From Peribolospora baueri (Eukaryota), in assembly GCA_029717555.1 (NCBI GenBank), contig JAMDHS010000023.1, forward strand, positions 240,178-260,177: DNA of 20,000 nt, given 5' to 3'. Positions 12,401-20,000 of the stretch are shown piece by piece (the first letter of the stretch is position 1; each line of letters begins with the position of its first letter). The position numbers were made by a program, and so were the translations under genes. The notes under the pieces are model-generated. The model had not been told where the DNA came from. It did not search any database and saw nothing but the letters and a program-made list of their open reading frames with translations.

Positions 12401-12585
12401 TGGCGTGCGTCCGGGAGCGTGAGGAGCTAGAGACGGAAAAGAGGTGGCTCAGGACTCTGGCTCGTGTCATCGAAGTCAAGGTCGGGGTTAGGGTGGATTT
12501 GGAGAGTGGGAGCAAGGCCAAGCAGACGGAGAGGCTGGGTCAACAGCAGCAGCAGCAGCAGCAGTGCCGCGTCGTTGGGAGGTGA
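9415..12585 (+). CDS. Intronless ~1056-aa protein: disordered Pro/Ser-rich N-terminus plus a divergent COG5-like (CATCHR) helical region with low-complexity insertions
   Basis: Uninterrupted 3.17-kb ORF (first ATG 9415, alternative 9475). Helical blocks colinear with the C-terminal part of COG5 as I recall it: LRLTELVSRAF, VPTQVAVRAIADAVVNEL, VSRQILKALTLFATRIDALI, AQAFNLALV, IVQPLLNAFK, WQRELSDRL, LAARPL, RLAGDAGSFD, LPPLILIHLVFARLP..PHKLWNYDWSTYEQQL. Ends in polyQ. The coding call is firmer than the COG5 assignment. Confidence 0.8.
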   Translation: MPVLSAPLKKLPLPLTHSRTMTLSEVDGNYFDEAAPRRPSTAVGERDGRAVKNNRDMGDGGWFRQSQSVPPSPTGAVGNKAPLALGQPSQPLSARPTRNNTPSPPRSPQVPLSAPVSSPKAKPTAASAVIRDQQGGPSDSLGATASSAKPGRTVLKSGITLSLPLGIGRGRGTVMDHSSTAPQVGNQPGGAAPAAPDASHCAQLGLRLTELVSRAFLPNDRALGVTSSSASAGAAPTSNVLKYGGRKVPTQVAVRAIADAVVNELHYANSMKDAYFLRAVSRQILKALTLFATRIDALIISPSVDPAVLRVPATAKDSDNVPAAQAFNLALVRLEWEVWNAVEAAVRFPGFESETFDSDSPREGKMPGFVGEILAPARNKMAGTINHIVQPLLNAFKISLAACVANAVVNPLPAPMQGALLLTPGGATSTLESGHATLIPNGQQAPPQALNATSSSNGASAPTAQSAAPAWQRELSDRLDGARRLLTPRLIAPCSNLGLTWLTTVASYVVWKGMLALAARPLQGPVEHGRSIKDLPDFAVPFLAVLNGDGGDAVTGTSAVALEQDGGGGGKSNSRSGSSSPQSGRATPIGGSTVDIAALAKGGGALSAAQASAYVRGSTTVPLGGTPRQRAAARLAGDAGSFDKLIRRFVAGFEPEESDDGLDDSDSESSDDDDDDDVDDEAELARAALGEALQALHSLRVALEALASDDGDLVLLALCSRRMAAKGDWDQTCNVGGGAGAMGGKHVSPEVRRAFATLPPLILIHLVFARLPARLDVRPPHKLWNYDWSTYEQQLTGFGASQAWAGVIGEGLCGELTEAFRAVLDRKSQVALVEERFTPMRCCRSNSAAATAADVDACPGGDTNALSRTATGIAYTSRASSPDQSGERHSRLSTELGRRASPPSTATKGGQGQNAGGGTTAPAPRFWRRSVSAKGLYFPLPLSRTSSPSSRGNNNEPCPCVPPASAASATVGSAGVGVNRLDLGRTEWTQEDYARLACVREREELETEKRWLRTLARVIEVKVGVRVDLESGSKAKQTERLGQQQQQQQQCRVVGR

Positions 12586-13627
12586 CTAGCTGCGAGAAAG
12601 CTGCGAGACCCGATGAGGTATCACACTGGATACGATAGTCATGCCGTGCCACTGTTAATATAGACTGTCATGATCCTAAATCCTCATCCTCCGCTCGTGC
12701 ACACCCAACTGATCCGATCCATCGAATGACTGCGCTGCCCGAGCGTATCGAGCGAGGCCCCTCCTTTCCCATCGTCTGACCTCGGCACGCGTACGCTGTC
12801 TGCTCCAGACCGGCCGCTTCGACCGAGCGAGTTCGATGGATGAGATTGTGCCGTATCCATCCATTCATCTCTGAGATGCTTGGCGTCGCTCGTTGTTGTC
12901 GGATTAGATGCTAGAGGATGGTCTCCCTCCCCTTCTGGCCCTCACAAGCACGAGTAGTCGCTCTCATCTCAGACCCAGCTCCCCAAGGACGAGGGAGCTT
13001 GCCCTCGCCCCGCCCTCGTGTATATACTCTACGTGGAGCAGATACGGGTCGCTTTGCTTTGTGTTGCGTGACCTCGGGGCTCGCGCGTGTTCGTGATCGT
13101 TATCTCTCCGCTCTATTTATGTACAACTTATCTTATAGAGATCTCAGGCGAGAGTGAAACGCAGGGAGGCGGGCTTAGTCATCAGACAACTCCTCGCCTG
13201 CGGCAAGGCGGCGGCGCGGGGTCGTCATCGTCGTCGTCGTCGTCATTCGCACTGTTTGGTTCATCCCAGCATTGGATCCGCACTCGACGATCAAGCAGAA
13301 GCAGGCCCCTCTCGTCGGATCCCATCCAGGACACCTTCTCCGGCGCCCTTCGCCCACATCGACTCGACTCGACGACGACAGACGCTCCAGCGTTCGATTC
13401 GAGCGCCCTTCGTCACCCGTGCCCGTGCGCCTTCCCACTCCTTTCGCGACCTACCTGCCCAACCTCGTCCGGCCACGCGGGCCTTTCCTCGGCTGCGCCT
13501 GTCGTCAACACCGCCGCCCTCACCCTCTTCGTCTTCGCGCGCGACGCCTGACCTGATCCCACTCGACCGAGCCCTCTCCGACGCCCCTCACTCGAGAGCC
13601 GTAGAGAACGAGAAACCGAAAGCAGAT

Positions 13628-15011
13628 ATGAAGGTCCTCGCATACCTGGGAACGTTCCTCTTCCTCGCCGTCACGACGGCGCTCACCATCTCTAGCATCG
13701 TGCTGCCCAACTGGTGAGGGCCCTTTCGGCGCTCCTCGTCGGACGGTCGTGAGGATTGTTTGTGGATGTTTGGATGCTCACCCCTTCCCCCTCCCGCCGC
13801 CCTCTCCATCAGGATCCGCTTCAAGACCCCGCCCACGTCTCCGATCATCTACGAGTCCACGTACGGCTTCCACAAGCGTTGCGACCGCGTGGTTCTCGAA
13901 GTCAAGTTGCCAGTCCCAGGAGGAGGGGATGACGGCGACAGTGACGCTCTGAGCCTCGGTGGCGGGCGCAACGCCTCTCTCCTCTCTCACATCCACTCTC
14001 CCTTCGGCGCTCAAATCGTCGGCCTCGGCGCGCAAGACACCCAGCCGGGAGAGTGGAAGTGCAGGTCTTTCCCACTTCCTGGGAAGGACTGTGATGGCGA
14101 CTCGAGCGACCCGGAGAAGCGGGCCAAGGGCCAGGATTTCTGTCTCAAGTGGAGGGTGAGCTTTGCCTTCTTGACGGGTTTCGTGATGACCTTGCTTCCC
14201 GTGCTCGGCGGCTCATCATCTGGACTATTGTGGAATTTTCGTCTTGTTTTTTCGGCCGCTACGCTGCTGGATCCTTAGGGAGCTGGGTCAGTCGTCACCC
14301 CTCTTCGTCACGGCTAGGCTTCCTTTCTCGTCCCTCTGGGCCGACGACTGACCATTTATCGAGCCGTCTATTCTCCGATACACCTGCAGGTATGCCGCGG
14401 AGCTGTCTTGCGTCTTTGCCTCCGCCGGCCTTCTCTCGCTCTTCATCATCATGGTTGTCGGCGGTCGTAGGAAGCGTCGGCACGGTTGGAAGCTCGTAAG
14501 CGCCTTTGTACTCTTGCACAGTGAGTTCTGTTTTCGCTGCTGCATCGTGGCCGCGCGCGGCTTGTCTCGTTTTCCCTTCGGTTTCTCTGATCCTTTGTGT
14601 GACTTTCTCGGCGTTGGACCTCTTTCCCGGATAGGCGCCTTTCAAATCACATCCATGGGCATCATCGCACACGTCTTCAACACGAACGAGCGCTTCTACA
14701 TCGGGAGCAAGCTGGGTGAGGACTCGGTCCAGTTGGCATTGTCGATGCTGCCGCTAATGAATACCCCGTCGCCTCTCGCACGTACGCCAGACACCTCGTT
14801 CGCCCTCAACATCGTCTCCTGGGTCCTGGACATCTTCCTGGCCTTGGGCTTGATCGTAGCGGGCGTGAAGCAGAAGAAGGACGGCTACCACCGGATCCGG
14901 CACCATACGCGCTCGCTGAGTGGAAGCAGCAGGAGGAGCCGGAGGAGCCAGAGGAGCCAGAGGAGCCATTACAGCCAGTCGAGTCATGGGGATTCGACGG
15001 AAGATGCTTAA
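13628..15011 (+). CDS. Four-TM claudin/PMP22/SUR7-like membrane protein; 6 exons, ~289 aa
   Basis: Exons 13628-13713, 13813-14155, 14279-14286, 14390-14520, 14635-14715, 14791-15011 total 870 nt in frame, all GT..AG. TM1 ends in ..LPNW, the extracellular loop has YGFHKRC..CRSFP..DC..FCLKWRGAGYAAEL, followed by three more hydrophobic helices, a GYHRI motif and an RS-rich tail. Confidence 0.85.
14930..14968 (+). repeat. Coding 9-bp tandem repeat (AGGAGCCRG-like) encoding RRSRRSQRSQRSH
   Basis: aggaggagccggaggagccagaggagccagaggagccat is read directly in the last exon. Confidence 0.7.
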
Positions 15012-15937
15012 ACGAGTGGACTGTGCCGTGGTCATCTCATCGCCGCAAGCAACATGAACGACGGACGGGGCTGCTGCGTTCCTTCCAGCGGCGATCTCGT
15101 TCGCTCGCGTGCTCTTCTCATCTCACCGCCTCCTAACCCCTTCGCCAGCCTCTTTCCGTCCGTCCCCGTCGTCATCACGATATCGCCACGACCCCTGTCA
15201 CGACCCCTTCTCGACTTGACCGACGGCGCTGACCGACGTCGGCGGCGTTGCCGTCGAGGACGACACGACGCAGGCGTCGATCCGATCCTTCCGCCCTCTT
15301 CATCATCTCTCTTCCTCTCCGCGCACGGGGGCGCGCCTAGCGGACGATTGGACGCCCATCGATGTGTTATTTGTTCTCTGTCCGTCCGTCTGTCCGTCTA
15401 TTCGTTCGTGTGTCCGTCCATATGTCCATTTCGCTGCCTCCTTCCTCACATCATACACGCACACCTTGTACTTTTTCGAACTCGTTCGTTCATTCAATCA
15501 TTCATTCATTCGTTCGTTCGTTCGTCCCGTTCTCTTAACGTCGCTCTGGCGACTCGATGCGATGCGATCGATCGGCGTCCCTTCTCCTCGGCGCCGGTCT
15601 TTTCGAGAACCGTGAGCTGGCTGGCTGAGCCGAGGAGGGGCGAGGGGTGAGGTGCGAAGGCTTGACTGACCGTTTGGGGATTCGCACCGGCGGGGGGGGG
15701 GGGGCCACGACGGTGGTCGGATGGCGATGGTAGTAGTTGGTGGGGATGGAAAAGAAGAGGGCTGGCTGGCTATGGAAATACGAAATGACGGGCTCGTGCG
15801 AGGGGAGGATGGCCCGCTCGCACTCCCGAGCCGCTAACAACGACGAGCCTGCAAGGCTCGGTACGCGGATCGCGGCGTGTGCGCACGTCGCACGCATCCC
15901 TCGCACGAGCGGCGAGCGTGGCTTGCCTCCAGGAGGG

Positions 15938-16270
15938 GATAGATAGATAGATGGATAGACGGATAGACAGATGTCGTGATGGGTTACGTGGGATTTTGGT
16001 TGCGTTGGTGGAGGCGTTCGTTACGTATATCCGTGGACTACCCTCCACTACACTACACTACCCTACACTACACTATAGGCAAACAAAGGCAGACAAGCGG
16101 GCAACGCCGACTCGGATGTAGAGCGGAAGGACGGGCCTAGAGCTTGACGGCGGCACAGCATAGTCGAGGAGCGGCGGCGGCGGCGGCGGCGATGGCGTCG
16201 ACGGCGGTTTTTAAGTAAGCATGTGCCTGGATGTAGCCGGAACAAGGACAACGACAAGGACAAGGACAAC
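15938..16270. repeat. Intergenic microsatellite cluster: (GATA)n-like 15938-15970, (CTACA)n 16048-16075, (GGC)n 16171-16191, (GACAAG)n-like 16241-16270
   Basis: Simple repeats visible directly in the sequence. Confidence 0.8.
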
Positions 16271-16852
16271 GATGGACTAGCCACGTCTTTCATTTCATTT
16301 ACGCTTCCCATCCAGCGCGGTTTCAGAGGCCGATCAGCCGACGCGGGCGTGGGCGCGGGGCGCAGCGTCCGAGGTTCATCCGGCAGGCGGGCCGGGCGGA
16401 TGGAGAGGGGGATGGACAGGGCAGGGACAGGGACAGGGACATGATGGGATGGGACGGATATGGATGGACATGGACAAGCCTTGCGAAGGCCTTTCCTTGT
16501 CTTGCCTCGCCTCGCCTTCTTTCACGCCCCCTTTGTTCTCGTTCTCGCCCGTCCCCGCCGTCGATCTCGGCCCATTCAGTCGGATGGGCGGGGACGGACG
16601 TGGATGTAGTGTAGTGTAGCTAAGCTAAGCGATATCTACACAGGCAGTAAGTATATCTATATCTATCTGCCTCGGCCGACAACGAACCCTCCGCCCACAC
16701 ACGGTGGAGAGCAAAGGAGAGCAGACGACCGATAGCGTTCTCCTTCTCCCTCCCGCCGCCGCCGCTGATCGCCTCCTCGCCTTCTACCTCCATCTCCCCC
16801 TCCATCTACCCCCTCGCCAGTCCGCCCCGTCAAGGGTAGCTACACATCAGCC

Positions 16853-18856
16853 ATGGCGTCCCACCTCGACCTCGCGGCGCGCAACCCGCAGAACGATGGT
16901 GGCATCGTCTTTGATCATGTCCCCTTGGACATGCAGTACGAGTATCTGGTGCGTTCCCGTCCGGCCTGCTCTTCCTGTCGGTCCTGCCGCTCATCGTCGT
17001 CAACCGTCACCCGCAGGTCGCCCTCCTCTACCATGCCATCTGGCTCGGCGCCATGGGCCTCGACGTGATCCAGCACATCGGCTTCGACTATCGCCTCGCC
17101 ATGCTCCCCGGCTGGTCCCAGCCCAGGAGGGCGGTCACGAGGATTGCTTACTTCCTCAGCCGGTACCTTGGCTTTGCCTTTTGTCTCGTCGTCGTCTACT
17201 TCCTCAGTCAGTCTCCTTCTCTTTTTCTTCCTCCGTCCCCTCGTTCGCTCTTCAGCTGACCGCCCGCCCCGCTCCCTTTTTTTTTTGCCCTTCCTTAGTC
17301 TCCCAGTCCAACCACTGCAACGCCATGGTCAAGACATTCCTTAGCCTCCTCATCCTTTCCTACAACTGCTCTCTCTTCATCTTCCTCATGGTGAGCTTCC
17401 GACTTCGTCTCCAGTCGCCTTGCCTCCGTCAACCACGCCTCTCATCTCCCCCGCTCCCTCCCCCCAGCGCACCCTCGCCCTCTGGGAAGGCAACCGTCTC
17501 GTCTTCTGGCTCCTCCTCCTCCTCTACTTCGTTAACGTGGGCCTCTCCATCACCCTTCCCGCCAAAAACGTCGGCTCGACGATCCCCCTCTCCAACTACT
17601 GCTTCTTCAGCGTCGGCGAGAAGGACATCGTCCCCTACGTTCTTTTCGCCGGCATCCTCGACGGCGTCAACCTCGGCTTCACCTCGTGGAAGCTCCTCGA
17701 GGGAGGCATGTGGAAGTGGTACCTCGGACGCCTCTTCGGAAGGGCTCCCCAAGCCATCGACGTCGTCGACTCGTCCGTCCACAAGTTCTCCCGCACCCTC
17801 GTCGAGAAGGGCGTCCTCTACTTTATCTTTATGGAGATCGTCAGCCTCGTCGTCGTCATTCAGTTCTTCACCGCCCACTCGATCATGTACAAGGTCATGA
17901 ACGCCATCGCCCTCGTCGTCACCGCCTCCTGCTGCGCCGGCAACATCTACCGGTCCACCTTCAAGGTCATCCGTCAGTCCGCCGCGCTCGAGCGCGAAGC
18001 TCAAGCCGCCGCTGCTGCCGCCGCCGCCGCCGCCGCCAAGGAAGCCGACGAGGAGAGCATGTACCCGTACGGCGACAACCAGGAGATGACCATCCCCCGA
18101 CAGCCCGTGTCGCGGCGCCCCTCGCGCGACGGCGCTAGCTCCCTCTACTCCAGGTCCGGCGCCGCCTACAAGGTCGAGGGCTACAACGGCGGACTGGTGG
18201 CCATCGATCTCGCCAAGGAGGACCACGCGCGTCGGTCCGGGAGCCCGATCAACAGCAGCGGCGGCAGCGGCGGCGGGGGAACCATCTCGCGAAGGAAAAT
18301 GAGCAACACGAGCCTCGACGCCGCCGCTTACCCTCCCTTTCCCGCTCCCACCCGCGCCCTCACCGACGACTATGGAAATCCGACCCGCCAGATGGGCGGC
18401 GGTGGCCCGTCCATGCAGCCTATCCCGGGCGGCTCGATCCGCGAGCGCGACATGGACGCGCTTCCGACGCCGTCGTACGACTCGCACGCCGACGCTGCCC
18501 TGCTCGGTGGGAACTACCACCACTCCAGCTCGACGAGCCCGGTTGTTGGTGGTGGTGGTGGGGGGGGATTCTACTACGGCGCCGCCAACACCACCCTCGT
18601 CCACTCCGCCCTCGCCGCTGCCCCCGCGCCCGCCCCCTCCGGCTGGAGACGCGGCTTGGCGGGCATCACGTCCGGTTCGGAAGGACCGTCGTCGCGGGAC
18701 AGGGAAAGAGGGAGGGAAAGAGAGAGGGAGAGAGACAACGGCCCGAACCTAGGCGCACCGAGACCGAGCATATCGAGCTTCCATACAAACTCGGATCCCA
18801 TCTCCGAAGCGCCCGCTCATCCGACCTCGTTGGGAGGTAAGAAGGCCAGGCGGTGA
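16853..18856 (+). CDS. Orphan 7-TM GPCR-like membrane protein (basidiomycete DUF6533-like) with a long disordered C-tail; 4 exons, ~588 aa
   Basis: Exons 16853-16948, 17017-17206, 17299-17390, 17468-18856 total 1767 nt in frame, all GT..AG. Seven hydrophobic segments. Family-like motifs: LDVIQHIGFDYRL, AYFLSRY, IFLMRTLALW, ILDGV, LVEKGVLYF. Cys at the top of TM3 (NHC) and in the second outer loop (NYCFF). Confidence 0.85.
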
Positions 18857-19322
18857 AGCCGGGGCGGGGCGGGGCAGGGCGGGGCGCTCCTTCCTCCCCT
18901 TCTTCTCTCGTCCCTTTTCTGTTCTGTTCTGTTCTTGCTTTCGTCGACCATTCAGCCCTTTCTTGGCCTCCTCGCATCCTACCTGCCCTTCCTTTCCGCT
19001 TTTCTCCTTTCCTCCTTTCGTCTCCTCCGCCCGCCTCATCCATCGATCGATGCATACGGCCCTATCCATCCCCACACACCTCTCTGTACTCTCTCCGTCC
19101 TTTCCTCACCCTCTTTCTCCCACCTTCGTATTCGTACGTACGTACATGTTTACTTATTTGCATACACACACCCCACTCGCCCACCCGTCTCCGTCCAGAG
19201 AAGACGCTGTACTCTCTCTCATCCCCTCCTCTTCCTTCACGCCCGCCCCTGTCGGAATCGGGTTTGAATTTTTCTTTCTTCGTCGGCGTTGCGTTGTGTT
19301 GTGGAGCGGGCAATGGCTACGC

Positions 19323-19382
19323 ATGGATGGATGGATGGATGGATGGATGGATGGAGGGAGGGAGGGAGGAATGGATGGATGG
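19323..19382. repeat. Compound microsatellite (ATGG)8(AGGG)n(ATGG)n
   Basis: Seen directly in the region between two convergent genes. Confidence 0.9.
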
Positions 19383-19728
19383 GCGCTGTCTGTGGCGATG
19401 CATGCGATCGACGGTGGGGAATCCCATTTGGTTCGGTTCGACGTGACGCTCATGCCGATCGAAACGAAACGAGAAAGAGAAAGGAAAACGAGGCGGCCGG
19501 AACGTCCGTCGTCGTCGCTGGGACAACGAGACGAAGACGGGCGATGGGATGACGAGTGGGGAGCCGGATCGGATATTCAAACGAACACGCTCCCCTTCTG
19601 TCCTACCCTACCCCTACTCCCGCGGCGCCTCTTTAAGCGAAAAACGGAACGTGAAGCCGAATCCCTTTCCGTCCCCTCGCCTCGTCCGACCCCATATGCA
19701 AGCGAGCCCCGTTCGTTCGTTCGTTCGT

Positions 19729-19973
19729 TCACCAAGGCACCTTCTCCCAACAGCCCAACCCCCTCCCTTGGGCCTGCGCCTCGTGATCTCCCCACAACCC
19801 TCCGTTGGGAGACCGAGGAGCGCGCACGGGACCCACGGTTCCTCCATCGCTGATGGCGACGACGGCCTGGGGGGGCGCATCGTCGTCGTCGTCCTCCTCG
19901 GAGGAAGACGCGTCCGGCAGAGTGGCGAGCCAGACGACCACTCCGGCTCCTTCCGAGACGGTGCGGTGACCGG
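19729..19973 (-). CDS. Terminal exon of a short-chain dehydrogenase/reductase (carbonyl reductase-like); the gene continues beyond the window
   Basis: On the minus strand a poly-C tract and CAG acceptor end at 19974, followed by GHRTVSEGAGVVVWLATLPD...PNGGLWGD...KVPW*. This matches the carbonyl-reductase-type C-terminus 'xTxEEGAxxxVWLAxLP..P.G.F....PW'. Confidence 0.7.
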
Positions 19974-20000
19974 CTGGGGGGGGGGGGGGGGGGGAGGAAG

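Noticed and set aside
13095..13145. AT-rich patch with two TTATCT (GATA-factor-like) sites and a TATATA at ~13021
   Set aside because: Short motifs expected by chance; unsupported without conservation or TSS data.
17429..18604. 391-aa antisense ORF (and the 398-aa ORF 16704-17900 in another plus frame)
   Set aside because: Shadow ORFs caused by strong GC3 codon bias of the 7-TM gene; low-complexity translations with no motifs.
18853..19853. 197-296 aa ORFs downstream of the 7-TM gene
   Set aside because: They run through pyrimidine-rich UTR-like sequence and (ATGG)n microsatellites and are not protein-like.
1..20000. CRISPR arrays, tRNA/rRNA genes, transposase or reverse transcriptase remnants
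   Set aside because: No repeat-spacer periodicity, RNA-gene signature or mobile-element protein motif was seen.

Overview
GC-rich, intron-rich eukaryotic DNA, most likely from a basidiomycete fungus (GTRAGY/GTGCGT donors, CTRAC/CTAAT branch points, YAG acceptors, many microsatellites). Contents in order: (1) an intact 14-exon SEY1/RHD3 ER-fusion GTPase on the minus strand; (2) a secreted berberine-bridge-enzyme-like FAD oxidoreductase pseudogene whose central ~1.2 kb is inverted between 7-bp inverted repeats, with its FAD-binding segment missing and at least 4 frameshifts; (3) an intronless ~1056-aa ORF resembling the C-terminal helical part of COG5 but with a disordered N-terminus; (4) a 6-exon claudin/SUR7-like tetraspan gene with an 8-nt microexon; (5) a 4-exon orphan 7-TM GPCR-like gene; (6) the last exon of a carbonyl-reductase-type SDR running off the right edge. 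All family assignments come from motif recognition by eye; no searches were run.
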